The notes under the pieces are model-generated. The model saw only the letters and a program-made list of their open reading frames with translations. It did no database searches and had not been told where the DNA came from. Shown in pieces: positions 1-10,858 of a DNA stretch of 64,000 nucleotides (positions within the stretch are counted from its first letter, which is position 1; every line of letters begins with the position of its first letter). The DNA comes from Fibrobacteria bacterium (lineage in GTDB: Bacteria > Fibrobacterota > Fibrobacteria > UBA11236). Position numbers and translations under genes: made by a program. Where the stretch lies: contig JAYTHY010000023.1 of assembly GCA_043732185.1 (NCBI GenBank), forward strand, positions 40,880 to 104,879. The letters run 5' to 3'.

Positions 1-2
1 TT

Positions 3-452
3 TTTGGGTTTGATCGTGGGCCGGGATTTGGAGAGCTTTTTGCAGGCACCAATACCATGGACGAAGTGTGCCGTGCTGTCGAAGGAACAAACCTAAAAAT
101 AATGACGGCCGGCGCCTATATGCCCAATCCGGCCGAGCTTCTTGGATCCAAAAAAATGGACACCTTCCTGGTAGAACTTAAAAAACGCTTCCGTTATATT
201 TTGTTTGACACGCCTCCGGTCATTGCCGTAACGGATGCCGCTATCTTGGCTACGAAATTGGATGGAGTGGTGTTGGTCATCCGGGCTAATAAAACAAGCT
301 TAGGCGTTACAATGCGGACGTTGCAAACCTTACGAAACGTCAATGCCAAGATGTTGGGCTGCATTCTCAATGACGTTGACATCACCAAGGGCTCCTCGTC
401 TTATGGTTATTACAAACATTACTACCACTACTATTTAGCCAAAAAGGATTGA
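3..452 (+). CDS. Wzc/CpsD-type BY-kinase (polysaccharide co-polymerase), C-terminal part, 5' truncated by window
   Basis: Frame open from position 3; PNPAELL, ILFDTPP (Walker B), Tyr-rich tail SSYGYYKHYYHYY. Confidence 0.9.
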   Translation, partial: FGFDRGPGFGELFAGTNTMDEVCRAVEGTNLKIMTAGAYMPNPAELLGSKKMDTFLVELKKRFRYILFDTPPVIAVTDAAILATKLDGVVLVIRANKTSLGVTMRTLQTLRNVNAKMLGCILNDVDITKGSSSYGYYKHYYHYYLAKKD

Positions 453-468
453 GCCTAGCCCTCCGCCT

Positions 469-2091
469 ATGTCCGATCTACGCCGGGTTGCCAGGAACAT
501 CGTACATTTCCTTTTTTCCCATGTCGTATCATTTGTTTTGGGTATGGTGGCTTCAGTGGTTATGGCCCGCTCACTGGGACCTAACGATTTGGGTATTTTC
601 CACCAGGTACAGTGGTTTGCTGGTACAGCTTCCGTCATCATTTCGATGGGTTTTATTACCGGAATAACCAAATTTACAGCCCAGTACCGAGCCGAAGGCC
701 GCAACCGGGACATTGTAGCAATGGTAAGATTCATTTTCAATATCGAGCTAGCGATTGCAGGAATTACCACAGTTGGATTGATGCTGCTAGCACCCCAAAT
801 CGCGGATCATTACTTCTCACCTGCTCAAACCAAATTATTCATGCTGGCTTTCATTGCAATTACTCCCGGAATCCAAACAGCAATATTTTCCGCGACCCTG
901 GAAGGTGCCCAGATATTCCGATACCAAACAGTTCATTCCCTGACTGTTACGCCCATCGCCCTTGGTACTAAAGTGTGGTTAATGTTGAACGGCTATGGAC
1001 TGCTGTCCTTGTTCTGGATCAACCTTATTTTCGCTCTGGTCAATCTCGTCTTCTTTTATTGGGCCGCCAAGCGGGAAGGCTTGCTACTGGGTTGGATGCG
1101 GGGGTGGAAAGGCGGAATAATTTGGAAAACGGAATTACTGAAGTACAACAAATCCTCCATCGGCATCCATTTTGTAGACCTGGTGGTTTGGTCGCGATCG
1201 GAAAATTTTTTCTTAGGTCGATTCTGTCCAGCTCCACAGATCGCCTATTACAATCTCGCGCACAACTTAATCGCAAAATTTACCGGCACTCTACCCAACC
1301 TCATGTGGCGCATTCTACTTCCCCTTTCAGCCGAACAACAGGGAAAATCCGATGGTGATCGAATGAAACGTACCTACCGCCATGCGCTGCGCTATGTTGG
1401 CTTCATTGCCTTTCCTACAGTTACAGCCTGCTATGTAGCCGCCTACGAGTTGATTATCATTTTTTATGGACATGCCTATGCCGAGGCAAAAACCTGTTTT
1501 CAAATTTTTTGCTTCGGCGCCCTGCTTGCCAACTTGGCGCAGCCTGGTTCGGCAGCGATATACGCTACAGATCGACAGGGGTTTATTTTGAAATATGGCG
1601 CGATTCTGGCCGTTCTGAATATCTCCTTGGACCTTTGGCTCATTCCAAAATACGGGGCACCGGGCGCTGCTGCTTGTTACGGAATCACCACTTCACTAGG
1701 CGTTATCGGCGGCTTTGTGTTTACCACTCAAAAAATGAATCTCAGTATTCCTTGGACAGCCTGGATTAAGTCTGCCTCTGCGGCAACCCTGATGGGTATC
1801 CTTTTGGCCTACCTGCTAACCATTCAATCATCGGCTTTTGATTTGTTTAAGCCCATGCAAGCATTGATGATGGAATGGACCGGGCATGATTTTGATATTC
1901 TCTTAAGCCCAAGGGCAGTGCGATTGCAATTCGCATGCGTGTTATCAGGTCTGGTCTATCTATGCATAGCTTTAGCACTTTTTAAACCACAAGAAGACGA
2001 TCGAAAAATTTTGGCCGCCATGCACCGGTTTCTACCCCGGCCATTAACATGGATCATACAGCGTAAACTTTCCGCTGTGAAAATGATTTGA
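469..2091 (+). CDS. wzx: Wzx-family oligosaccharide flippase
   Basis: 540 aa polytopic membrane protein; ARSLGP..G and LIPKYGAPGAA motifs; polysaccharide operon context. Confidence 0.85.
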   Translation: MSDLRRVARNIVHFLFSHVVSFVLGMVASVVMARSLGPNDLGIFHQVQWFAGTASVIISMGFITGITKFTAQYRAEGRNRDIVAMVRFIFNIELAIAGITTVGLMLLAPQIADHYFSPAQTKLFMLAFIAITPGIQTAIFSATLEGAQIFRYQTVHSLTVTPIALGTKVWLMLNGYGLLSLFWINLIFALVNLVFFYWAAKREGLLLGWMRGWKGGIIWKTELLKYNKSSIGIHFVDLVVWSRSENFFLGRFCPAPQIAYYNLAHNLIAKFTGTLPNLMWRILLPLSAEQQGKSDGDRMKRTYRHALRYVGFIAFPTVTACYVAAYELIIIFYGHAYAEAKTCFQIFCFGALLANLAQPGSAAIYATDRQGFILKYGAILAVLNISLDLWLIPKYGAPGAAACYGITTSLGVIGGFVFTTQKMNLSIPWTAWIKSASAATLMGILLAYLLTIQSSAFDLFKPMQALMMEWTGHDFDILLSPRAVRLQFACVLSGLVYLCIALALFKPQEDDRKILAAMHRFLPRPLTWIIQRKLSAVKMI

Positions 2092-2092
2092 T

Positions 2093-3235
2093 ATGGAAGT
2101 CGTATTTATCGATTCGGAACCTCCAGGTCTTGCTGGCGGCGGCATCCGCACCTACTTATCCTTAACCATGCAGGCTTGCCGCGAGCGCGGTATAAACACC
2201 CGAATTTACACACATAATCCTCACGCATATCCAGGTGAAACCACTGTCTCCATTGGCCGCAAGGCCTTTTTTCCCAGGGTTATGCGTGGACTTGCGTACC
2301 GGTTACAGTATTCTGAAAATGTTTTATGGGAACATTCCTATTGGCTAGCACAAGAGCTTGAAAACTTCGACGGTCCAGAAAAGGTGTATGAGTTCGCGGA
2401 TTTCCTTGGATATGGATTTTTCACATTACGCAATCCAGCCATGCGTCAGAGGACGTTTTTGCGCATCCATACACCAAATTTTTTAGTCGCGAAATCGAAC
2501 CGGGGTCTCAAATCCATCTTGTCCAGTTGGCAATGTACATGGCGGGAAAAGGAATGCCTGCGAAAAGCCTACCGCATCACCGTGCCTTCTGCGGAATTTG
2601 TGAAAGAGAAGTTACCCTGGCTTAAGAATTGGAAGCATCTACCTAATCCCCTTCCTCTCAAAACGAGTGAATTGCGAGTACAAGACGCTCTTATACCCAC
2701 GCGAATGCTTTACCTAGGGAGAGTGGAGCCTCGAAAAGGTGTGCTGCAACTGGTGCGAGCTTTCCTCATTCTGGCCGCAACGCAAAAGGAATTGAGTTTG
2801 ACCTTGGTAGGGAGCCATGTCCCCGGCTCCTATTCACGCGAGGTGCAAGCGCTCATCGATTCGCAATCTCCGGAAATACGTAGTCGATTGACCTGGGAGC
2901 CACCTTGCCCTCCGGAGATGCGCCCTATGCTGTTTGCCCGCTTCCAAATATTGGTTGTCCCCTCACTTTGGGAAAACAGTCCTTATGTCTATTTCGAAGG
3001 TATGGCCGCTGGCCTGCTCTGCGTCGGCACCTCCACTGGTGAAATGAAAGCCGTGGTCCAGGTTACCGGAAATCCAACGGTGCAAATTGGTAGCTTGGAT
3101 GATTGGGTACGGACCTTGGAAGCCGTGACCACTCGATCCCATCCGGAAGTGGTGATTGCCCAAAATGAATACTTGTGTTCCCGACGTGAAGATACACTCA
3201 ATCGCCTCATCGATAATTATTTGGAAATGGGTTAG
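2093..3235 (+). CDS. GT4 glycosyltransferase
   Basis: GGGI N-terminal loop, YLGRVEPRKG, PSLWENSPYVYFEG (EX7E). Confidence 0.9.
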   Translation: MEVVFIDSEPPGLAGGGIRTYLSLTMQACRERGINTRIYTHNPHAYPGETTVSIGRKAFFPRVMRGLAYRLQYSENVLWEHSYWLAQELENFDGPEKVYEFADFLGYGFFTLRNPAMRQRTFLRIHTPNFLVAKSNRGLKSILSSWQCTWREKECLRKAYRITVPSAEFVKEKLPWLKNWKHLPNPLPLKTSELRVQDALIPTRMLYLGRVEPRKGVLQLVRAFLILAATQKELSLTLVGSHVPGSYSREVQALIDSQSPEIRSRLTWEPPCPPEMRPMLFARFQILVVPSLWENSPYVYFEGMAAGLLCVGTSTGEMKAVVQVTGNPTVQIGSLDDWVRTLEAVTTRSHPEVVIAQNEYLCSRREDTLNRLIDNYLEMG

Positions 3236-4467
3236 TGATGAAAATCGGGATACTTTCACGTGAATATCCTCCCCTAACTCATGTGGGTGGAATAGCCACC
3301 TTCTCAGCGGCAGCGGCCGCATTACTTGCCAAGCAGGGGCATGAAGTCCATGTGGTTTGCAATGGAACCGAAAACAGCATTCAATCCGATGCGGGAATCA
3401 CCGTGCACCGAGTTAAAATGCTTCCGCATCACTTTCCTATAGGCCGGTTTTACTACTGGTACCGCGCATTATATCGCAAACATCTTCCCAATTATTTGGA
3501 AGCTCTAACCTGGGCCAGAACGGCCGCGAACTATTTATCAATCGCAGCTGCTCTAAACGGATTGGATGTATGGGAATATCCAGAAACGGCAGGAGAAGGG
3601 GCTTTCTTTCCCCGGTCAGCCAAAGGAAACCAAACCCGCTTGGTTTGCCGGATCCATACGGGCTGGCTGAATGGATATACGGCAAATCCGTTGGAACGAA
3701 CCCTCCTGTTAAGGTTTCAAAAAAAATCCTGCATGCATGCCAATACGCTGGTTTCACCCAGCGCATACATGGCCAATAGTTACCTTCGAAATACCTTGGG
3801 TATATCCCATTCCGTCATCGTGAGTCGAAACCCTTTTTCACCTTGGAAAAACCCAATCGATTGGGAAAACAAGAGTCTCGATCACATGCTCTACGTGGGA
3901 AGGGTCGAATATCGAAAAGGACTGCAAACTTTACTTAAGGCGCTTGATCTATTGGGTGAGGATGCCAAGGGCATTACTTTGCGAGTAGTTGGACATCTGC
4001 ATCCTCCATCGAGAGAGCTGGACCGCCAATCCATAGAGTATTTTAAAGAACATCTGGCTAAACAGGCCGGAAAAGAAAACTATACAATCGAATATGCCGG
4101 TCCGTCCGTGCATGGAGAAATGCCAAGGCATTATGATTGGGCAGGAATACAAGTGATCCCATCCCTTATCGAAAACTACCCTTACGTGGCATTGGAGGGC
4201 CTTTCCAGGGGATGTTACTTAATTGGAAGCAATGTCGGGGGAATACCCGAAATAATCGATCATGTGGGGCGTGGAATGCTGTTTGAACCTGAAAATAGCA
4301 CACAGTTGGCTGAAAAAATAAGAGAATGTAGGCGTCGGAAGCGTGAAATTTCCGATGGTAGACGGGAGTCGGTGGAACAAATTCGCAACGAATTTGCGCC
4401 GGAAGCCTGTTACCAAAGGCTAATGGAAGTGTATGGCGCCGACCTTTCGCAGAGGACTCAAATTTAG
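3235..4467 (+). CDS. GT4 glycosyltransferase
   Basis: SREYPP..GGI, YVGRVEYRKG, PSLIENYPYVALEG. Confidence 0.9.
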   Translation: MMKIGILSREYPPLTHVGGIATFSAAAAALLAKQGHEVHVVCNGTENSIQSDAGITVHRVKMLPHHFPIGRFYYWYRALYRKHLPNYLEALTWARTAANYLSIAAALNGLDVWEYPETAGEGAFFPRSAKGNQTRLVCRIHTGWLNGYTANPLERTLLLRFQKKSCMHANTLVSPSAYMANSYLRNTLGISHSVIVSRNPFSPWKNPIDWENKSLDHMLYVGRVEYRKGLQTLLKALDLLGEDAKGITLRVVGHLHPPSRELDRQSIEYFKEHLAKQAGKENYTIEYAGPSVHGEMPRHYDWAGIQVIPSLIENYPYVALEGLSRGCYLIGSNVGGIPEIIDHVGRGMLFEPENSTQLAEKIRECRRRKREISDGRRESVEQIRNEFAPEACYQRLMEVYGADLSQRTQI

Positions 4468-5068
4468 GATTTATATAATCCTGAAACGCCTTATCGATAT
4501 CATCGGTTCACTAATAGGATTGATGGTCCTTTTCCTCGGCTTTTTTTTAATTGTTGTCTGTATCAAGCTGGACTCCCGTGGACCCATTTTCTTTCTACAA
4601 ACTCGCGTAGGTCAATATGGACATCGTTTCAAGTTCATAAAATTCCGAACTATGCGCGTGGGCGCGCATATTAAACAATGGGAAATCGACAGTCTTAATG
4701 AATCAGGTGGCCTAACTTTTAAGATGCAAAACGATCCAAGAGTGACGAGGGTTGGGCAACTGCTGAGACGCACAAGCATCGATGAAATGCCGCAATTTTG
4801 GAACGTACTGAGAGGACAAATGTCCCTGGTTGGACCGCGTCCTGCACTATTGGGTGAAGTCAACCGCTACAACGACATTCAAAAAGTACGCATGACCGTA
4901 CCCCAGGGCATGACAGGACTATGGCAAGTGAGGGGCCGGTCCAATCTCAAGTTCGATCAAATGGTTGATTTGGACGTTTACTATGCTCTTCATCCTAGTT
5001 TGCGAATGGATTTAAAAATTCTCATGGCCACCTTGCCGGCCGTCTTTTTGGGGAGAGGTGCCGTTTGA
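4433..5068 (+). CDS. Priming polyprenyl-phosphate sugar phosphotransferase (small monotopic PGT)
   Basis: KRLIDI, KFRTM, DPRVTRVG, SIDEMPQFWNVLRGQMSLVGPRP. Confidence 0.95.
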   Translation: MAPTFRRGLKFRIYIILKRLIDIIGSLIGLMVLFLGFFLIVVCIKLDSRGPIFFLQTRVGQYGHRFKFIKFRTMRVGAHIKQWEIDSLNESGGLTFKMQNDPRVTRVGQLLRRTSIDEMPQFWNVLRGQMSLVGPRPALLGEVNRYNDIQKVRMTVPQGMTGLWQVRGRSNLKFDQMVDLDVYYALHPSLRMDLKILMATLPAVFLGRGAV

Positions 5069-6015
5069 TCCTTTCCGATTCTCCCAGGAAGAAAATCAGT
5101 TTGGCCCTAGTCACTTATAATCAAGCAGACTTATTACAACTTTACCTGAATAAATATTTGCAAGACGGTTCCGATATAGTTGACCTCACTATTATTGATG
5201 ATGGTTCCGATGATGAAACGGAAACCATTCTGCGTACCTTAGCCCAGGATCTGCCGGTCCACATCCATCGCATTCCGCACGGCTCTATCGCTCAGGCCCG
5301 CAACCATGCGCTGCGTCACACCCCCACTCCATGGTTGGCGTTCTCGGATACCGATTGTCAATTGAATCGCCGCTATTTTGAAACGGTACTGACGATTCCG
5401 GATCGGTTTGATGGCTATGCAGGAGTGGAAGGGGCCGTTTTTCCTCCACCTGGACCGAAACCGCCTTTTACCCATTCCCTTTCCAATCCCACCGGAGGAA
5501 CTTTTGCAACCGCAAACATGGTTTTTCATGTTCCGAGCATTCTAGGCCTGGGAGGGTTCGATCCTGAATTCAAAAATTTCCGCGAGGACGCGGATCTTGC
5601 TCTTACGATTATCGAACGCTACGGCATCATTCCTTTTTGTCCTGAATTGTCCGTTGAACATCCTCACCTACCACGGAATTTCGGCCAATCGTTGTGTCGA
5701 GCTCTGACTTCACAATCCCAAATTATTCGCTCTGAAATTCGGCTTTTTGAAAAGCACCCACGAGAATATGGCAGACTGCGTCATCATGACCATCTCCATG
5801 GCACCTTGCGGGCATGGATATTGAATTACTCTATAGCCTGCCTGAAAGAGGGCGTTCAGTATCTATTTAAGAGTCCTAATTTGTCCGCTCTCCAACGCTT
5901 ACAAGGTACGATTCCGGCATGCTTAGCCTTAGTCGTGGCCATATGGGAACAGTTTTGTGTGAGTGCTTGCTGCATGGTGCAATTGCCTAAACTGGTGAAA
6001 GCAAAATCCTCGTGA
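5065..6015 (+). CDS. GT2 glycosyltransferase
   Basis: IIDDGSDD, ARN, FSDTD (DxD), GGFD...EDADL. Confidence 0.9.
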   Translation: MILSDSPRKKISLALVTYNQADLLQLYLNKYLQDGSDIVDLTIIDDGSDDETETILRTLAQDLPVHIHRIPHGSIAQARNHALRHTPTPWLAFSDTDCQLNRRYFETVLTIPDRFDGYAGVEGAVFPPPGPKPPFTHSLSNPTGGTFATANMVFHVPSILGLGGFDPEFKNFREDADLALTIIERYGIIPFCPELSVEHPHLPRNFGQSLCRALTSQSQIIRSEIRLFEKHPREYGRLRHHDHLHGTLRAWILNYSIACLKEGVQYLFKSPNLSALQRLQGTIPACLALVVAIWEQFCVSACCMVQLPKLVKAKSS

Positions 6016-7154
6016 AAACGCTCATTCTCTGGTCTGGTGCTGTGGTTCCCGCCTACAGAGAATTTTTTCAGGATCTGGCGAAGTACATGCATGTACGGGC
6101 CCTGGCGCCAAAACGATGGACCCATGGATCCATTGCATTCCAAAGGCCATCTAAAACGGATCCCGAAATTAAATCTCAAGACTCCGACTTCACCTCCAAT
6201 CCTAAATGTGAAATCGTACCAGCCACCTATTATCCGGAGGCCAGCGCCAGATATTTTGTTCCTTCACTTATTTTTCACCTATGGGGGTTTCGTCCCCGTT
6301 ACCTTTATATCATGGATGAAATGGACCGGATCAGCCTGACCTGGCATGCCTTGATCGCCAAGATTGCGTGGCCGAGAGTTAAAATCATTAGTTACTCGCT
6401 GCAAAACCTGGCAGAGCCCTCTTACTACCGTTGGCACCACCGACTCGCAATACACCTAAACCATAAACTAGTTTACCGGGGTATCGCCGCCTCCCGGGAA
6501 GCGCAAAAGGTTATGCGTGAACATGGATTCCAGGGGCCCACTTGTGTTATTCCCCTATGGGGCGCGGAATCCTTCTTTCATCCCTGTGAACGCTCGCTCG
6601 CACAAACATATCGAAAAAGTTTGGGCATTCCTGATGACGCCATTGTCCTCTTGTTTTGTGGTAGCCTCGTCCCAGCCAAAGGATTGCAATTGCTGCTGGA
6701 AACCTTGCCCCATCACCCGCATATTAAGTTGCTGACTGCAGGACTTGGTCCAATGGAGGACCTTCTACGAAAAGGTTTAGGCCAACAGTACGTGCCAATG
6801 GGCAGGTTGGAAGGAGAGGCGCTCAGGCGGTTTTACCAATCCGGCGATTACATCATCCTTCCCTCCCTTACCCTTCCCCATTGGAAGGAACAGGTGGGAC
6901 GATCCTTAATCGAAGGTATTCTCTGTAATTGCGTTGCGCTCGGCAGTGACTCCGGGCACATTCCTGAACTTACCTTATTTCCGGAAACCACGTTCGCTGA
7001 GGGCAATTCCCAATCCCTCGATAAGCTACTCGAAAGCCTCCCTCTATCAAATGCCCATTCCATACTGCTGGCCCAACTTCAAAATGTCAAAGAGCACTTC
7101 ACATCATCGGCCGTAGCATTGCTCACGCATAAATTCCTTGCGGACGTAACATGA
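6012..7154 (+). CDS. GT4 glycosyltransferase
   Basis: FCGSLVPAKG, PSLT..WKEQVGRSLIEG. Confidence 0.85.
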   Translation: MKTLILWSGAVVPAYREFFQDLAKYMHVRALAPKRWTHGSIAFQRPSKTDPEIKSQDSDFTSNPKCEIVPATYYPEASARYFVPSLIFHLWGFRPRYLYIMDEMDRISLTWHALIAKIAWPRVKIISYSLQNLAEPSYYRWHHRLAIHLNHKLVYRGIAASREAQKVMREHGFQGPTCVIPLWGAESFFHPCERSLAQTYRKSLGIPDDAIVLLFCGSLVPAKGLQLLLETLPHHPHIKLLTAGLGPMEDLLRKGLGQQYVPMGRLEGEALRRFYQSGDYIILPSLTLPHWKEQVGRSLIEGILCNCVALGSDSGHIPELTLFPETTFAEGNSQSLDKLLESLPLSNAHSILLAQLQNVKEHFTSSAVALLTHKFLADVT

Positions 7155-8233
7155 AATTGCTTTTTCTGCACCGCGATCTCCCCCCGGATAGTTTCACAGG
7201 TGTCGCCATACAGGTACACCGTCTGGCTAATGCTCTTACTGATTTGGGACATGATGTTTTCGTATATACGCACAGCCTGAAGACTCGAGAGGCGCGATAT
7301 AACGTACTTCCAATTGCACTACCGGGCCTTAAGGTGGCGGTCCAATTCCTACCTTTTCTAAAACGCCTCTGGTATCCCCTATGGTACCCTAAGCTATCAA
7401 TGCAGGGATATGATGCCATTCATATCCACGGCGACGGGGGATTTATCCAGTACCGCGGAAATCATCTGCGAACATTTTATGGTACAGCCGCACTGGAATA
7501 CCTGCATGCTCGAAATATAAAAGGGAAATTGGCGCAAGGGTTATCTTACTGGTTGGAGAAACGCGAGGCGCGTCGTTGCCGGCTGACAGTCGGAATTTCC
7601 CCACATGTGGCTGCCCACTTACCAGGTGTAGATCGAGTCATACCTTGCATGTTACCCTGTGAACCTGATGAAACGTCCTTTCCGAAAACACCCACTCCCA
7701 GCCTACTATACATTGGATCACTCAAGTCCAGGAAGCGTGGTGAAATGGCGCTTGAGTTATTTCGCAACCTGAAACCGAAATTCCCGCAATTGACACTGAC
7801 TTACGTTGGTCCATTGCAGGATAGGCATTTCATAAAAGACCAAGCGGAATATCAAGGTGTGGAATTTCGCTCCAGGTTGGATCAGGAGGAGCTGACTGCA
7901 TTGTACCGTCGAAGTTGGGTGTATTTGTGCCTCTCCAGTTATGAGGGTTTTGGAGTTGGAATCATAGAAGCCATGGCCTTTTCTTGTCCGGTAATTACAG
8001 TACCACATCCTGGCAGTGAATACCTGGTCAAGAATGGCGAAACTGGGATAATGTCTCCTTTGGAATCTCTGCCAGCAGTCCTGGAAGAAATTTTAACAAA
8101 CGAATCGGCACGAAATGAAATCAGTAAGCGAGCCCGTGATTTCTCTCGACGCTTTTCGCCTAAGACTGTTGCATCCACTTATGTCGAACTTTACCGTGTA
8201 GCTTGCGCGCGAACAGGAGGGGTGACAAGGTGA
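7151..8233 (+). CDS. GT4 glycosyltransferase
   Basis: YIGS..RKRG, SSYEGFGVGIIEAMA. Confidence 0.9.
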   Translation: MKLLFLHRDLPPDSFTGVAIQVHRLANALTDLGHDVFVYTHSLKTREARYNVLPIALPGLKVAVQFLPFLKRLWYPLWYPKLSMQGYDAIHIHGDGGFIQYRGNHLRTFYGTAALEYLHARNIKGKLAQGLSYWLEKREARRCRLTVGISPHVAAHLPGVDRVIPCMLPCEPDETSFPKTPTPSLLYIGSLKSRKRGEMALELFRNLKPKFPQLTLTYVGPLQDRHFIKDQAEYQGVEFRSRLDQEELTALYRRSWVYLCLSSYEGFGVGIIEAMAFSCPVITVPHPGSEYLVKNGETGIMSPLESLPAVLEEILTNESARNEISKRARDFSRRFSPKTVASTYVELYRVACARTGGVTR

Positions 8234-9744
8234 AAACAGTGTTGCTTCGCTACCTCATGTTTCCGCTTTTACTTTTAGCCGGCAGTTTATTTGCGTATCG
8301 GCTTATCAATATACCGTCGCGCGTCGAAACTGCGATTTTCTGCATTGGTTTTTTTCTGATCCCGACTTTGAAATATCCAAAGATTGGAATCTACTATCTA
8401 TTCTGCCTACCGCTCTTTATACCCATGTTCCGCCGCATGTACTACCTCGTATCCGAACGACCAACTGTGGATTACCTTCTTCTCATTTCAGATGGAGTGA
8501 TGGGCGGATTAATTATAGCGCTCATATTGCTTTGGTTGATCAATAAGGAAAGATCTAAGGACATTATGTCTATGCTCATCATTTCCTATGTTGCCCTGCT
8601 TTTCATCAAGGTATTTATCGGTAACCATGGCTCAACTATAGAGGGACTGTATGGATTCAAGTTCAATGGACTTTATGTTTTCTTTTTCTTTGGATCGAGC
8701 TACATCCTTACCACTTTTAAAGAGACCAAGGCTGTGTACCTGTACGCTTCCATTCTTTTGCTTATCACAGCCCTATATGGCCTCAAGCAAATTCTCTTTG
8801 GTTTCACCGGATTTGAACAAAAATGGCTCGACTCTATTCAATTTACCACACTACGCATTGAAGGGGTGGTGAGACCTTTTTCTACCTACCTATCCCCTGC
8901 CGCCATGTCAGACGGTATGACGCTTCTATTCATGTTGGGTATCTATTGGATTACTGAAAGTGGCCGTCGCAAAATGCTGTTGGGAATTACACTGGTATTG
9001 GCCAGCATACCACCACTCCTCATTGCCACCGTGAGAACCAATTGGATGGCGGTAATAGCCGGACTTTTTTTCTTTTTGTTTTTTTTAAGGCTCAAGAAAA
9101 CCTGGGTCAAAGTAGCCATCATGGTAGTCATGGCCTTGGGACTAGTTGGCTATTCCTTAAAAAGTAGTGGCACGCCACAGTATGCCGCTGTCGCACAACA
9201 AAGGAGCAGCGGAAAAAACCTGACCGACATCATGATCAAGAACCGCACGTCTGGCCTTTCCGACCCATTAGCGGAATACAGTGTGCAGAAACGTATTTCC
9301 ACCTGGACCAGTATTTACATCGAATCGAGGATCGTGCCTTTTGGAAAAGGTCAGGGCACTACTGGGTATGCACATAGTTACTATTTCCAGGTGCTCGGCG
9401 AAATCGGATATCCCGGAATTCTGTTATTTCTTTCCATCCTGATTGTTGGATTTTATCGTGGTTTTAAGATTCTGTCTCTTTCCCGTGATCCGGAGATGCA
9501 GGAACTCACTCGCCTTTTGCTGACACTAATATTTATGATTTCATTTCTAAACTTGACGGGGACACATTTGCACACACCACCTGGAGATATTTTCTTCTGG
9601 TTTACCCTGGGCACTATTTCGCGTTTCTATCGTCAAACGCTCACGAACTTGGAAAATTTGAATGGGACTGAAACCAAAGTTTCCGTTTCAACTGAAAAAC
9701 AGATTGCCACAACTAATGAAATCGCCGGTGAAGCTCTTGCGTAA
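8230..9744 (+). CDS. Wzy/O-antigen ligase-family polymerase
   Basis: Many TM segments; RPFST, R..TW, AHSYYFQVLGEIGYPG; GTG start after GGAGG, overlapping the previous stop. Confidence 0.8.
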   Translation: MKTVLLRYLMFPLLLLAGSLFAYRLINIPSRVETAIFCIGFFLIPTLKYPKIGIYYLFCLPLFIPMFRRMYYLVSERPTVDYLLLISDGVMGGLIIALILLWLINKERSKDIMSMLIISYVALLFIKVFIGNHGSTIEGLYGFKFNGLYVFFFFGSSYILTTFKETKAVYLYASILLLITALYGLKQILFGFTGFEQKWLDSIQFTTLRIEGVVRPFSTYLSPAAMSDGMTLLFMLGIYWITESGRRKMLLGITLVLASIPPLLIATVRTNWMAVIAGLFFFLFFLRLKKTWVKVAIMVVMALGLVGYSLKSSGTPQYAAVAQQRSSGKNLTDIMIKNRTSGLSDPLAEYSVQKRISTWTSIYIESRIVPFGKGQGTTGYAHSYYFQVLGEIGYPGILLFLSILIVGFYRGFKILSLSRDPEMQELTRLLLTLIFMISFLNLTGTHLHTPPGDIFFWFTLGTISRFYRQTLTNLENLNGTETKVSVSTEKQIATTNEIAGEALA

Positions 9745-10858
9745 ACGATTAGCCGTTGTTGGCCATCCCTTGGCCGCTGTGGAAAACCGTGCCGCCTTTG
9801 CAGAGTGGTCGACCTTTGACGTTAGCCTCATTGTACCAAAAGTCTGGAAAGCTCATTCACTAGGAGTCACCTATCAATGCTCGGATTCTGGAGCCGGGTC
9901 GCCGGCCGTGAACAATGCCGCCGGGCTTTATTCCCGACCCGTTCTAGGCAGTGGATACAATTCCTTTTTTTTATGGATTGGATTGGATCACCTGTTACGG
10001 AAATTAAAACCGGAAATCATCTACTGTTGGGAAGAACCTTGGTGCCTTTCCACATGGCAAGTTAGTCGCATAGCCCGTAACCTCGGCGTTCCCTTGGTAT
10101 TCTATTCGGCGGAAAACAGATCCAAGCACCTTCCCTGGCCCTTTACCTGGCTGCAACGCCAAGCCTTTCGATCGTATACGAGCTGTATTGTGCCTACCCA
10201 GGAGGTCTCCGCCCGCATTATGGAAGCCGGTTATACTGGTACAGTCCAGGTGATTCCTCTCTGGATAAGGCTACGCCGCCAATTGCATGTCGATTCCGAT
10301 ACTCGCCGCCTCGCCTATGTAGGTCGACTCATTCCCTTAAAGCGCGTCCACTTACTGGTGCAAAGCCTATGCTTACTCCAAGGATTCCAGCTTCGCATTA
10401 TCGGGGATGGACCGGAGCGTTCTAATTTAGAGTGGCTGGCACACAACCTTTGTGTAGCGGACCGAATCGAATTTTGCGGTTACATCCACAATAGTGACTT
10501 AGAAAAAAGTTTGGAAGGGGTGGCCCTCTTAGTCCTACCCACAGCAGAAAACGCCAGGCAAGCGGAGCAATTCGGCAAAGCAGCCTTAGAAGGGATCGCA
10601 TGCGGATTGCCGGTGTTGGCGAGTCGAACAGGAAATCTGGCAACCTTATCACAATCCCTACCGACGCTGGTGGCCGTGAACCTTGATTCCGCCGAACAAA
10701 TGGCCGAAGCTGTGAATGGCATTTGGAATAGTTTTCCAAGTCAGGAAAATTTGAATCAAGCTCGTGATCAAGTGCAAAAAAAATATAGTGCATCCGCAGT
10801 GGGCCATAGTCTGGAAGCCGCTTTCGCTACATTGTTGCCAGGAGCAAAGCTATCGTGA
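9716..10858 (+). CDS. GT4 glycosyltransferase (start uncertain, 9716 or 9728)
   Basis: YVGRLIPLKR, IIGDGPER, EQFGKAALEG. Confidence 0.85.
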   Translation: MKSPVKLLRKRLAVVGHPLAAVENRAAFAEWSTFDVSLIVPKVWKAHSLGVTYQCSDSGAGSPAVNNAAGLYSRPVLGSGYNSFFLWIGLDHLLRKLKPEIIYCWEEPWCLSTWQVSRIARNLGVPLVFYSAENRSKHLPWPFTWLQRQAFRSYTSCIVPTQEVSARIMEAGYTGTVQVIPLWIRLRRQLHVDSDTRRLAYVGRLIPLKRVHLLVQSLCLLQGFQLRIIGDGPERSNLEWLAHNLCVADRIEFCGYIHNSDLEKSLEGVALLVLPTAENARQAEQFGKAALEGIACGLPVLASRTGNLATLSQSLPTLVAVNLDSAEQMAEAVNGIWNSFPSQENLNQARDQVQKKYSASAVGHSLEAAFATLLPGAKLS